A stretch of DNA of 64,000 nt from a virus (Duplodnaviria; Caudoviricetes): IMG/VR virus record IMGVR_UViG_3300027212_000010, positions 3,097 to 67,096 of that record. One strand, written 5' to 3'. Position numbers and translations under genes: made by a program. Below, piece after piece: positions 15,271 to 24,205 of this stretch. Each line of letters opens with the position of its first letter. Position 1 is the first letter of the stretch. Under the pieces are notes generated by a model. The model had not been told where the DNA came from, searched no databases, and saw nothing but the letters and a program-made list of their open reading frames with translations.

Positions 15271-15448
15271 TCTCGTCCAAAGATTCTATTTGGGCTACAG
15301 CCCAATCTTCAAACATCTTTACTAAGTTTACATTATATTCTTTAATATCATCTGCCACTACCATACATTCATTACATAAAATAAATAGATCATTATATTT
15401 GTTTATATAAGGATACATTTCGCCTCTATAATGGCATATATAGCACAT
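15263..15448 (-). CDS. small Zn-binding protein
   Basis: MCYIC...CNEC. Confidence 0.6.
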   Translation of the reverse strand: MCYICHYRGEMYPYINKYNDLFILCNECMVVADDIKEYNVNLVKMFEDWAVAQIESLDENG

Positions 15449-15450
15449 GG

Positions 15451-15585
15451 CTAGCTTATATAATAATTATTCATATGCTTTTTGCATACAGTAATTATTG
15501 TTGCTCCTAATTGATCCCAGTATAATCCCACTTCATTGCAGTAGTGACATTTGTCACTTTCTGGCTTATTAACGTCAATTATCAT
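15451..15585 (-). CDS. Zn-binding microprotein (44 aa)
   Basis: CHYC...VCKKH; read by hand. Confidence 0.55.
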   Translation of the reverse strand: MIIDVNKPESDKCHYCNEVGLYWDQLGATIITVCKKHMNNYYIS

Positions 15586-15793
15586 ATCTATCTTTTATCC
15601 TTCGCCATCTTCCCCATTGTGTAGGTACATCAAGTCCAATATACTCCTGACCTGTCTCTAAGTCAACGAGTAACCATTTCCCTGGAGCTTTTGTATGTAT
15701 AGTTAGATCAACGGCTTCTTTGAATTCGTGAACTTCCGCCCCTTGATACATTTTAGGTAAAAAGGGATATACGTTGTTCAATAGTTTTCTCAT
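15575..15793 (-). CDS. hypothetical protein
   Basis: ORF track; TATAAT 14 nt upstream. Confidence 0.7.
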   Translation of the reverse strand: MRKLLNNVYPFLPKMYQGAEVHEFKEAVDLTIHTKAPGKWLLVDLETGQEYIGLDVPTQWGRWRRIKDRYDN

Positions 15794-15813
15794 ACAGTAC
15801 TATTATATCTTAT

Positions 15814-15954
15814 TTAGAATGCTAAATCTCTAGGTATCATTATTTCGCAACGATCACAATAGTCATAGGTTGATCCAGTATAGGGGCACTGTCCTGCTTC
15901 AATTAAATTGTGTCCTTTAAAATAACATTTAATTCTATTTAAATAATGCTTCAT
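15814..15954 (-). CDS. Cys/His-rich microprotein (46 aa)
   Basis: MKHYLNRIKCYFKGH...CP...YCDRC; ATGA-coupled. Confidence 0.6.
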   Translation of the reverse strand: MKHYLNRIKCYFKGHNLIEAGQCPYTGSTYDYCDRCEIMIPRDLAF

Positions 15955-16100
15955 GGAACAATCCTTTTAATTTCATAAAAACACTCAGGGCATTCGCCTA
16001 TGTGCAACCATTTACCTGATTCTTGTATTATTAATTCGTTTAACCTGCCCTTGACATTCTTTTTGCATATTACACAATATGCTTCAAGATATACTGTCAT
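15951..16100 (-). CDS. DUF5679-like Zn-ribbon protein (49 aa)
   Basis: EAYCVICKK...GECPEC...IKRI; ATGA-coupled. Confidence 0.65.
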   Translation of the reverse strand: MTVYLEAYCVICKKNVKGRLNELIIQESGKWLHIGECPECFYEIKRIVP

Positions 16101-16252
16101 CTCTTCCAGGAGCCGCTCTCGCTGGGGTTTGGATCAGAGTCATGCTCTGCTATTGGTTCATCGGCTGGCCTGCCGTGTGAGCCATCACAGACTGGATAAG
16201 AGGCAGATCTACCGCACTGACATATTACGACAGCGCCATATTCAGTAGCCAT
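16097..16252 (-). CDS. CDGSH iron-sulfur (2Fe-2S) domain protein (51 aa)
   Basis: Not in ORF track. CQCGRSASYPVCDGSH exactly fits C-X-C-X2-S-X3-P-X-CDGSH; TAATG-coupled to the ahpD stop. Confidence 0.88.
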   Translation of the reverse strand: MATEYGAVVICQCGRSASYPVCDGSHGRPADEPIAEHDSDPNPSESGSWKR

Positions 16253-16764
16253 TATGCAGAAAGTATCTTTGATAAAGCATTTATTGTTGCAGAAATTCTG
16301 CCAATATCCCTTAGCTGTTCTACTGTATATCCTTCTTCTTTAAGTGTTTCATAGTGTGCTTTAACACAGAAGTGACATTTACCTACAATAGATGATGCCA
16401 ATGAATATGCTTCAAATTTAGCTTTAGTTGTTCCGCCATGTGTTGCAATTGCATTCATTCTTAATTGCGCTGGCAAACCTTTTAGATTGGGATCATCAGC
16501 CATTTCAATAAATGGATACCAAACATTATTTTGTGCCATGATAGCGCCAGCTGTAAGGGCTGCATTTTTTTCAACTTCGTCAGTTGCATTCGCAACTATA
16601 AAAGTAAGCAGTTTAGCATTACCTGTTGAAAATGCTGCTGCTATTGAAAGATATGTGGCCTGCTCGGGATCAATAGTTGATCTATTAATAACAGCATCAA
16701 GATTTAATTTGATGTCCTTAGCATACTCTGGAAGAGAGTCCTTAAGCTGGTCTACCCATAACAT
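16252..16764 (-). CDS. ahpD: alkyl hydroperoxide reductase AhpD
   Basis: LPEYAKDIKLNL; MAQNNVWY; SIVGKCHFCVKAH (CxxC plus His). Confidence 0.93.
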   Translation of the reverse strand: MLWVDQLKDSLPEYAKDIKLNLDAVINRSTIDPEQATYLSIAAAFSTGNAKLLTFIVANATDEVEKNAALTAGAIMAQNNVWYPFIEMADDPNLKGLPAQLRMNAIATHGGTTKAKFEAYSLASSIVGKCHFCVKAHYETLKEEGYTVEQLRDIGRISATINALSKILSA

Positions 16765-17300
16765 TATAGAGTTTCTCCTCCGAGTGGTCTATTGCATGCA
16801 CACAGCTCGCCTGTCTGTAATGCATCTAATACACGCAAAGCTTCATCTGCATTACGACCTACATCTAGGTTGTTGCATGTTACATGCTGAATGATATTAT
16901 CTGGGTCTACAATAAATGTAGCACGATATGTGACTCCAGATGAGTGGTGTACGCCTAGATCGTTAGCCAGCTGATGTGCTGTATCTGCAAATGACCATGA
17001 GTTCGTCTTCTTTAAATCATCATGTGCATTTCTCCATGCAATTTTACAAAATTCATTATCTACAGATCCTGTAAGCAAAACAGTATCTCTATCATTAAAA
17101 TCATTTACCAAAGCATCATACGCAACAATCTCTGTTGGACATACAAATGTAAAGTCCTTTGGATAGAAAGCAATTATCTTCCATTTACCTGGAAATGAGT
17201 CTTGTGTGATTACTTCAAATGAGCTATCTTCATAAGATAATGCTCCTGGCTTTACGCCTGTTACGGCAAAGTTGCCTAACTTTTCTCCTACTGTTTTCAT
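16764..17300 (-). CDS. ahpC: peroxiredoxin AhpC
   Basis: FYPKDFTFVCPTEI; RATFIVDP; DALQTGELCAC. Confidence 0.95.
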   Translation of the reverse strand: MKTVGEKLGNFAVTGVKPGALSYEDSSFEVITQDSFPGKWKIIAFYPKDFTFVCPTEIVAYDALVNDFNDRDTVLLTGSVDNEFCKIAWRNAHDDLKKTNSWSFADTAHQLANDLGVHHSSGVTYRATFIVDPDNIIQHVTCNNLDVGRNADEALRVLDALQTGELCACNRPLGGETL

Positions 17301-17388
17301 ATTATTGTGCTATCCAATACTTTATCAACAGCATCATCTATTGTTGGATAATGCTCTTTGGTACAACTACCGCATTCTCTACACACGG

Positions 17389-17595
17389 CTAAATTTTCTT
17401 TCGGCCCGTTTTCTTAGGTGGCTTTGGAACAAGACTTGTTTCTCTTCTTATTCCATGTCTGTTTATGTCCACTTTTAAACCCTGTCTAGGGTATCTCTTT
17501 GGGGTTCTTTCGCTTGTAACAGCACCAGCAGGCGCACCAGCGTTAGCTGGTGGCACCATGCCTGTACCATCTTCTTTTTTAATGCTATTAGTCAT
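17389..17595 (-). CDS. basic hypothetical protein
   Basis: ORF track. Confidence 0.55.
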   Translation of the reverse strand: MTNSIKKEDGTGMVPPANAGAPAGAVTSERTPKRYPRQGLKVDINRHGIRRETSLVPKPPKKTGRKKI

Positions 17596-17695
17596 TAGTT
17601 AAGCCTGACTCACCATCTCTAGATACATCTGTAATTGTGACTGGAGTAGCGCCCTTGGTGCTACCTACTGTTTCGCATCCGCATTCGTAACACAT
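17588..17695 (-). CDS. microprotein with N-terminal CxxCGC (35 aa)
   Basis: MCYECGCETVG...; TAATG-coupled. Confidence 0.55.
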   Translation of the reverse strand: MCYECGCETVGSTKGATPVTITDVSRDGESGLTND

Positions 17696-17859
17696 TAGTT
17701 GCAGTTCTCACAATTCTTTACAGCACAATCAGCGTCGCCTCTTGTGTCTCTTGTGCATGCTACCTTTGTAGCAACTGATGCAGCAACGTTAGCTGCTGCT
17801 GAAATTACTGCCGCTTCAAATGTTGGAGCAACAATTTCTTCTTTTTTAAATAGATCCAT
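17695..17859 (-). CDS. Ala-rich microprotein with Cys-rich tail (54 aa)
   Basis: MDLFKKEE...CTRDTRGDADCAVKNCENCN. Confidence 0.55.
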   Translation of the reverse strand: MDLFKKEEIVAPTFEAAVISAAANVAASVATKVACTRDTRGDADCAVKNCENCN

Positions 17860-17861
17860 TT

Positions 17862-18011
17862 TTACTTTGGGCCCTGTGCTGATGCTTGGTTAGATACATC
17901 TGATGCTGGGAATGCAGCTGCTGGTGCCTCTGTGTAATTTTCTGTTGCCCATGGTGATGATCCTGCTGGCTTTGTTTCGTTAAATCCTTTTAAGTCTTTT
18001 CCGTCTGACAT
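17862..18011 (-). CDS. hypothetical protein (49 aa)
   Basis: MSDGKDLKGFNETKP...; RBS AGGAG. Confidence 0.55.
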   Translation of the reverse strand: MSDGKDLKGFNETKPAGSSPWATENYTEAPAAAFPASDVSNQASAQGPK

Positions 18012-18086
18012 TTTGTACTCCTATAGGTTATTTATTTAAGCAGGACTAGTATTCTGCTTATGACTCTATTATAGCATTATTGTTAT

Positions 18087-18341
18087 TTAGTTGACTAATT
18101 GGTCAGGAATCTCTTCCCACGGCGTAGATCTATGCATTCCAGAATACTTGCAGGGGCAAGCAATTCTAAAGGGATTGTCAAAGGGTAGCCTAGTCTTAAT
18201 TTCAACAATAGTTAGGCAGTCGGGGCAAATAAATGTAGACTGTTTCCAGGGGCCCGCTATGGGATTGTTTTCCTCAATAGCCGCTTTGTGTTTTAGATCT
18301 AACTCAATGGCAAGTTTTTTTTGTTGCTCTAGTTCGCTCAT
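18087..18341 (-). CDS. Zn-ribbon protein
   Basis: CPDC...CPC. Confidence 0.65.
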   Translation of the reverse strand: MSELEQQKKLAIELDLKHKAAIEENNPIAGPWKQSTFICPDCLTIVEIKTRLPFDNPFRIACPCKYSGMHRSTPWEEIPDQLVN

Positions 18342-18457
18342 GATTTATACTTTTCGTTCCAGTGCTGCTTACAGATTTCTATCATTTTAGACTCTGTAGT
18401 TGTTATATATTTTGCACTTTCAGTACAATCTTTAACTTCACAAATTGAGTTAGGCAT
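18338..18457 (-). CDS. Zn-binding microprotein (39 aa)
   Basis: CEVKDC...ICKQH. Confidence 0.55.
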   Translation of the reverse strand: MPNSICEVKDCTESAKYITTTESKMIEICKQHWNEKYKS

Positions 18458-18600
18458 TAATTACTTTGAACCCTGTGCCTTCTGACCACGATAACCTGTT
18501 TTTTTAATATTCATTGATCCTGGTTTCTTTTGACCGCTTGAATAAGATCCTGCCTGTCTTTGTGCTAATGCACGTTGCATCTTATCTAAATGTTTTCCCA

Positions 18601-18819
18601 TTATTTAATCTTTCTTCCAAATCTTGACCACGCTCTTTCGTGCAAGAAAAATCCAATCATTTCGCATGCTGTGTATATGATTGCAAATGTACCAGCGTAC
18701 TCCCAATGGGCTTCGCCAGTAATAGCCTTTTCAAAAAAATAGACTAGTGTACCAACAAACCCAATATGGACAGCTGGCCAAGTGATTGACTTATATAGAC
18801 TTCTTTTATTTGATTCCAT
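18601..18819 (-). CDS. DUF2061-like membrane protein (leaderless)
   Basis: ES.KRSLYKSITW...FFLHERAWSR. Confidence 0.75.
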   Translation of the reverse strand: MESNKRSLYKSITWPAVHIGFVGTLVYFFEKAITGEAHWEYAGTFAIIYTACEMIGFFLHERAWSRFGRKIK

Positions 18820-18839
18820 ATATCTATTCTACCATTCTT

Positions 18840-19448
18840 TTAGTTGAAAGAATACCCAACCTCTGGGATATTATATTTAAACTGTAATGCTGCTCTAGGG
18901 CCTGTTGTTGCAACGTCGTGTATCATTCCCCTGGGAATATAAACTACGTCTCCAGGAAGCAACTCAAACTCTGAGTATCCCTCTGATGATGAGCTTATGT
19001 TAGATTGACTATATGATCTTTTTTCTGATGCGTAAAATTTCCAGATAGTAGTACCGATACATTGCCAATAAAAATTATCTGTCTCATCAAAATGTGGATC
19101 TGATGGCTGCTCTTTTGCAAAATTGATATATGCAGATAAGGCTGATCCCTTGTATGGTATTGCGCTATTAAAAATATTAAAAAATTCTTCTATCTCTGGG
19201 TACCACTCTTGTTTGGGGCCAATGACATTTAAGTATAGGGGGTTCTTAAATAAAACCCCACGAACAAATCTTTCTCTATATGGATTACTTGGAACTTCTG
19301 CTATCCTGTTGTTCCAATACTGGTCATTTGTGTGCTGTATAAAATTTTCCCATTTAGGCACTACGCTACACAAAGACTTAAATACGTATGGTTTATTTAG
19401 ATCTTTACATTCTTGTAATATTAATTTTATTTCTTCTGTTGTATACAT
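18840..19448 (-). CDS. JmjC/cupin-4-like oxygenase
   Basis: HFDETDNFYWQCIG...WK.Y; L.PGDVVYIPRGMIH. Confidence 0.82.
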   Translation of the reverse strand: MYTTEEIKLILQECKDLNKPYVFKSLCSVVPKWENFIQHTNDQYWNNRIAEVPSNPYRERFVRGVLFKNPLYLNVIGPKQEWYPEIEEFFNIFNSAIPYKGSALSAYINFAKEQPSDPHFDETDNFYWQCIGTTIWKFYASEKRSYSQSNISSSSEGYSEFELLPGDVVYIPRGMIHDVATTGPRAALQFKYNIPEVGYSFN

Positions 19449-19456
19449 AATAGTAT

Positions 19457-19484
19457 TTGGACGGGGGTTTTACCCCCCGCCCAA
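19457..19484 (-). terminator. GC-rich hairpin, probable terminator
   Basis: TTGGGCGGGGG/CCCCCGTCCAA stem after the stop at 19489; weak U-tract. Confidence 0.5.
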
Positions 19485-19488
19485 AACC

Positions 19489-20523
19489 TTACTTCTTTAG
19501 TGCTACCTTTAACTTAGGGAACTTCTTGTTCCACTTAGTTGCAAGCGCATTGTATTCCGCCTTATATGTAGCCTTAGCAAGATCTGCTGAAGCTTTTGCT
19601 GTTGCTGCATCTGCTGCAAGCTTTGTTGCTGCATCGGCAATAGCCTTGTCTGATGCAACCTTGTCTGCTGCACGTCCAGCCTTTTCTGCAGCAAGTGCTG
19701 CATTAGCAACTGCAAGTTCTGATGTCTTTGCTGCAAGTTCACCTGCAAGATCACGAACTGCTACTGTTGCAACTACAGATCCAATTGGAGCTGTTAGGCC
19801 TGTTACGGCTGTTGCTACTGTTGCGTATGCTGTAACAACTACTGAGCCTGAAGCAGGAAGTGTAACAGTCTGCTCCTTTGTTCCAAGTGTTGCTACTGCT
19901 GTGTCTGTTGTAAGCGCTGTTGATGTCGCTGCACCATTTGAACTTACTAAAGTATTAATTGTTGCTCCACCCTTTACGTTACCGAATACATCGTATCCTG
20001 TTACCTTAAGAGTTGCAATTGTTCCCGCTGCTCCAGATGCTGGTGCGGTGATAGCGATTGAGTTCAAAGCACCAGCGGTGCCTTGTACATAGTAAACTGT
20101 TGTAGTTCCAGCACGAGTAATCGCTACTGTTCCTACTGCTGTGCTTTTAGTATATACATAAAAGTCTGCCGAGTTTCCAGTTCCTGTTGAAACTGAAAGT
20201 GTTGAAGACCCGCTTGATGCGGTAACTGGTGCTGTTGATGTTGCTAGCGCAGTAACAATTGTTGCATTAGTTGCAACTGCTGTTACTACTGTTCCAGTGT
20301 CTACTGATGTTACAGCAATCTTTAATGCATCTGCTGCATCGATACTGTTGTCTGCTGGTACTGGTAGTGCTACAGGAGTTGTTACTACTGTTCCACCTGT
20401 TGCTGCAGATCCCGCCACCGTTAGGGTAACAGTTCCAGCGTTAGCGTTAGCTGCTGGCGATACAAGCATTGTGCTAGTCAGGGCTGCAGCGATGATTAGC
20501 GATACTCTTTTGAATGATTTCAT
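19489..20523 (-). CDS. secreted Ala/Thr/Val-rich Ig-like surface protein
   Basis: Signal peptide MKSFKRVSLIIAAALTSTMLVSPAANA; beta-rich body; Ala coiled coil; basic tail YNALATKWNKKFP. Confidence 0.75.
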   Translation of the reverse strand: MKSFKRVSLIIAAALTSTMLVSPAANANAGTVTLTVAGSAATGGTVVTTPVALPVPADNSIDAADALKIAVTSVDTGTVVTAVATNATIVTALATSTAPVTASSGSSTLSVSTGTGNSADFYVYTKSTAVGTVAITRAGTTTVYYVQGTAGALNSIAITAPASGAAGTIATLKVTGYDVFGNVKGGATINTLVSSNGAATSTALTTDTAVATLGTKEQTVTLPASGSVVVTAYATVATAVTGLTAPIGSVVATVAVRDLAGELAAKTSELAVANAALAAEKAGRAADKVASDKAIADAATKLAADAATAKASADLAKATYKAEYNALATKWNKKFPKLKVALKK

Positions 20524-20619
20524 TCTATTTATTTCTCCTTCTATTAGTCTGACTCTTAACGAGTACAGAATTTGTGATGTTCTCACACTATGTAAGACGC
20601 TTTTCTTATTCAAATGTCG

Positions 20620-20814
20620 CTACATTAGCGCATCTATTTTTACATGAAATGAACATGGATCTCCACCATCATCCCATTCTTGTGACTCTTCTTCTGTTAA
20701 TGGCGGGCCTTCATGTGTATTACAAAATACATCTGAAACCCAACCTCTGTCATAACCATTTTTAAGCCATATTTCAAACTCTAAATGATCTGCATCTATA
20801 TTTTCTAGATCCAT
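20620..20814 (-). CDS. hypothetical protein (CNTHEG.P motif)
   Basis: ORF track. Confidence 0.65.
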   Translation of the reverse strand: MDLENIDADHLEFEIWLKNGYDRGWVSDVFCNTHEGPPLTEEESQEWDDGGDPCSFHVKIDALM

Positions 20815-21107
20815 TCTGAAAGCTCCTCCAGCATAATATGCTTGGGCTTGGCACCCATGATAGTTTTTACAGGGGTACCATGCTTAAATAGTACCATAGT
20901 CGGGATAGAGGTTACTGAGTATTCTGCTGATTTGATAGGATTCTCATCAACATTTAACTTTCCAACCCATAAACCAACCTCATTTGATATCTCATCTAGG
21001 ATTGGAGATACCTTCTTGCATGGGCCACACCATGGTGCCCAAAAATCTATAAGCACAAGATTATGATTCTGCAGAACAGAATCAAAGGATTCATCTGTGA
21101 CTATCAT
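20805..21107 (-). CDS. trxA: thioredoxin
   Basis: DFWAPWCGPCK; SIPTM. Confidence 0.95.
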   Translation of the reverse strand: MIVTDESFDSVLQNHNLVLIDFWAPWCGPCKKVSPILDEISNEVGLWVGKLNVDENPIKSAEYSVTSIPTMVLFKHGTPVKTIMGAKPKHIMLEELSEWI

Positions 21108-21310
21108 TTGTCCTTAAGTTCCTCCGCTGCTGCGTTGAATCTATTCATAAAGTCTTGGATTACAAATAGTGTTGTTTCATGTGCATTTTTTGACATTGCG
21201 CTAAATGCTTGCTGATTCTTTTCATCATCAGGCATTGCTGAGACCCACTTGTTATATAGGCCTTCAGCAACCTCCCCGACAATTTCATCCATCAGTGTTA
21301 ATTCAGCCAT
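21104..21310 (-). CDS. hypothetical protein
   Basis: Start moved to MAELTL. Confidence 0.65.
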   Translation of the reverse strand: MAELTLMDEIVGEVAEGLYNKWVSAMPDDEKNQQAFSAMSKNAHETTLFVIQDFMNRFNAAAEELKDK

Positions 21311-22436
21311 TAAGCTTTGCCAACCATGTTGCTCTAGTTGCAGCAAGTTTATCTGCTGCTATCTTTACTGATGCATCGTATTCCGCCTGTGCTGCTAACA
21401 ATGCAGCATCTACTTGTACTTTTAATGCTGCCTGTGCTGCTGCCTGTGCTGCTGCTTGGGCTGCTGCTTGGGCTGCTGCGGTTTCTGCTGCAGTTGGTCC
21501 AGCCTGTGTTGGCATGTATGATAGAGCAGCACTTAAATTAATAAGCTTTGCAAATGTTCCCGCTCTTCCAGGTGCTGGTGATGCTGTATTTTTAAAAGCA
21601 TCCATTGCCTGATTGTATGTGTATGAAGGCTTTGATGATCTTAAGGCCAACCATAGTCCTGCTGCAGATTGTGTTGCTGCAGATGAACCTGCAATATTTT
21701 TCATTATATTACCTGGAGATGCCACAGTAACATATCCAGCGGCGTAAAAGTCTAGTAAAGTGTCGCTATTGCTATTGCTTGCAACAAGATTTCCCCTGTC
21801 AACAGCACCTACTGAAATTGAAGAAGGGATGCATGAAGGCCAATCAATGCGAGCATAGTCCTTACCGTTTCCTACAGCAAAGAATGTTGCTACATTAATT
21901 GAAATAAGATCTTTAATTGCCTGCTCTGTAGTTGGTGTCTTTGGGCAATAATCTGTTCCTGGAGCACCCAAGTTGTGGTGTCCTTGTGCCATTGTTACGG
22001 CCTGAATATTATACTTTGATGAGTTGTTTTTTACCCACTCTAAAGCTTTATCTACGGCAGAAGCAGTTGGATTAATTCTTCCTCCTGTTGCATTATTGCC
22101 CACAATTCTAATAAACACAATATTTAGATTTGGGTTAGATAATAGCAATGTGGAAGCCATTTGTGTTCCGTGCTCAAAGCCATTTAAATTAATAATGCTT
22201 GCAGGAACTACAGCAGCACGAGGGCTTTCTTCAAATGATGTTCCATTTGGACATAAAGTAAATTCCAATATACAAACTTGAGTTACAATCTTACCTTGGA
22301 ATGATGGTAAAGTATCGTCAATACCTGTATCGATGATTGCAACTGAGGGTGCCAATGGTGCGGCGTTAGCAGTATATGCTGCTAGAGGTAGTGCAAGTGA
22401 TAGTGATAGTAATGCAGTTATTAGTTTTTTAGTCAT
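21303..22436 (-). CDS. secreted subtilase (S8 peptidase), leaderless
   Basis: Signal peptide; IIDTG, HGTQMA, GSSAAT triad; TTGACA-16-TAGAAT promoter. Confidence 0.85.
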   Translation of the reverse strand: MTKKLITALLSLSLALPLAAYTANAAPLAPSVAIIDTGIDDTLPSFQGKIVTQVCILEFTLCPNGTSFEESPRAAVVPASIINLNGFEHGTQMASTLLLSNPNLNIVFIRIVGNNATGGRINPTASAVDKALEWVKNNSSKYNIQAVTMAQGHHNLGAPGTDYCPKTPTTEQAIKDLISINVATFFAVGNGKDYARIDWPSCIPSSISVGAVDRGNLVASNSNSDTLLDFYAAGYVTVASPGNIMKNIAGSSAATQSAAGLWLALRSSKPSYTYNQAMDAFKNTASPAPGRAGTFAKLINLSAALSYMPTQAGPTAAETAAAQAAAQAAAQAAAQAALKVQVDAALLAAQAEYDASVKIAADKLAATRATWLAKLNG

Positions 22437-22466
22437 GCCTTAATTCTACTAAATATTAGCAGGATG

Positions 22467-22664
22467 TCAAGGGGTCTCTTTGGTATTCTTATACCATTTG
22501 CCAGCGTCGAGCCTAGACTCCAGGGCATCGATCTCTGCTGCATGATCAATTTCCATCTCTTGTGATGCCATTACATTGTTTATTGCAAGACTAAGTAATT
22601 CAAGAGTCATTTCCATTCTGACTACCGTCAGTTCAAGCTGTCTAAGTCTTTCTGATTTTCTCAT
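22467..22664 (-). CDS. coiled-coil hypothetical protein
   Basis: ORF track. Confidence 0.65.
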   Translation of the reverse strand: MRKSERLRQLELTVVRMEMTLELLSLAINNVMASQEMEIDHAAEIDALESRLDAGKWYKNTKETP

Positions 22665-23014
22665 TCCATTGTCTCTCTGTCTAGTAAAGTAGGTGCCGTT
22701 GCCCTACTACCACAATTTGCACATTCCATGTCTAGGAAGTATGTGGCTATTTCAAAATCTTCAAACATTACCTTTACATTCCAAATGTTACAGCCGCATG
22801 GGCATAGGTGGGTTGGTGTTCCTCTAAGATCCATTGCGTGATCATAATTCTCTGGCTTTAAATCATTGATGTCCATAGGCCCTGAGTTTTTAAGTTGCTC
22901 TATTGCTTCTTCTACAAGATTTATGTAATAAATTCCAACTTTATATCTTGCTCTAAACCATTGGACAGAAACAATTACAAAAAGTGTAGCAGCAATTATA
23001 AACAAGGTCTTCAT
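22661..23014 (-). CDS. membrane-anchored Zn-binding protein (leaderless)
   Basis: N-terminal TM; CPCGC...CANCG. Confidence 0.7.
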   Translation of the reverse strand: MKTLFIIAATLFVIVSVQWFRARYKVGIYYINLVEEAIEQLKNSGPMDINDLKPENYDHAMDLRGTPTHLCPCGCNIWNVKVMFEDFEIATYFLDMECANCGSRATAPTLLDRETME

Positions 23015-23028
23015 AAATCAATTATACA

Positions 23029-23586
23029 CTAAACTTGGATATATGTATAGGGTGCTGCTACGCTCATATTAAACTCAGTTGCTGCTTCTAATGCCGCCTT
23101 TAGTCGTAAGCGTGGATTCTTCTGATTCTTGGTAGCGTATAAAGCTCCTAGGGCTATCATTCCACCACTGCCTTCTGCCATATAGTTTACAATGTTTTCT
23201 CCAACATGAAAGTCTTCATCAATGGTAAATATTCTACCGCATACTCCAACTATAAAAATTCCGCCAGTGTCTTCTTCTGATGAAGATCCTACACTTCCGT
23301 ATCCATTATCTTTGAATGCCGCTTTAACTGAATCAACAAACTTAGTTCTCATAAACTTATCTAAACCTGAGTTAGTTTTTGTTGGAGTGTATTTGGGTGG
23401 CGTCCACATATACTGAAGAATTTGACCCATGCGAAAGGAATCTGTAAAAGCAACTCCGTACTGTCCAACCTTAAAAACTTTTGGCTCTTTTCTTGATAAG
23501 ATCCAACCAGTCTTGTCGTCTGATGCGGCATGGTCTGATCCCATGTAAACAACACCATTTTGGGCAATAGCAACAATACAAGTCAT
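23029..23586 (-). CDS. HslV/proteasome-like Ntn-hydrolase (leaderless)
   Basis: MTCIVA (Thr2 nucleophile), GSD, KVF, EGSGG..ALGAL. Confidence 0.7.
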   Translation of the reverse strand: MTCIVAIAQNGVVYMGSDHAASDDKTGWILSRKEPKVFKVGQYGVAFTDSFRMGQILQYMWTPPKYTPTKTNSGLDKFMRTKFVDSVKAAFKDNGYGSVGSSSEEDTGGIFIVGVCGRIFTIDEDFHVGENIVNYMAEGSGGMIALGALYATKNQKNPRLRLKAALEAATEFNMSVAAPYTYIQV

Positions 23587-23618
23587 ATTATTAGTATACT
23601 ATTTATAAATTCGAAATG

Positions 23619-23936
23619 CTAGAGGTTTTCATGGAGGTCTTCATGCATTTCTATATGTGTTAATTTAAGCATAGTTCCCTCTAGCTCTGCCTTTACCTGA
23701 ATTAGTTCCTGCAAAGCCTCAAAATATTTATCTTTCCATTCATTTAAATCCTTCTCTAATTTATATAGTTTTATTTGAAGGTCTTTAATTTCAATTAAAA
23801 GCTGATCGTGAGCTTTATCTGCTATCTGTGCAACTTTATCTTTTTTTACTCGCCTAGAATTAATCCATGCCGTAAATACACCGCTTATAGAGGCGGCGAA
23901 CAGAGTTATTAGTATCTGAGTTATAGAGATATTCAT
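23619..23936 (-). CDS. TM plus coiled-coil protein
   Basis: N-terminal TM helix followed by heptads. Confidence 0.65.
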   Translation of the reverse strand: MNISITQILITLFAASISGVFTAWINSRRVKKDKVAQIADKAHDQLLIEIKDLQIKLYKLEKDLNEWKDKYFEALQELIQVKAELEGTMLKLTHIEMHEDLHENL

Positions 23937-23966
23937 TATATCTATAATTATACCTTATAATCTATG

Positions 23967-24203
23967 TTAAATTAAAAGTTCTGAAGCAGTTATATCTAAG
24001 CCAATATATTTCTTTTTTGCAATATGTTCCTTAACATGTTCAGATCCATACTGCCTTCCTGCTAAAATTACAATCCATCTAGGCTCTAATTTATTATCTG
24101 TGCAGCTTTGACATAACAATAGATTGACTGCAAGCAGAGAAGATTTCTTTGCTGAAAGCTCGTTTTTGCTCTTGTTGCATGAATAACATAATACTTTTTC
24201 CAT
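23967..24203 (-). CDS. Zn-binding protein
   Basis: CYSC...CQSC. Confidence 0.7.
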   Translation of the reverse strand: MEKVLCYSCNKSKNELSAKKSSLLAVNLLLCQSCTDNKLEPRWIVILAGRQYGSEHVKEHIAKKKYIGLDITASELLI

Positions 24204-24205
24204 TT

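Noticed and set aside
19457-20092. Long + strand ORF (211 aa)
   Set aside because: Antisense shadow of the Ala/Thr-rich surface protein (GCN/ACN codons avoid stops); no RBS.
20573-20587. CRP-type site TGTGA...TCACA
   Set aside because: Spacer is 5 nt, not 6.
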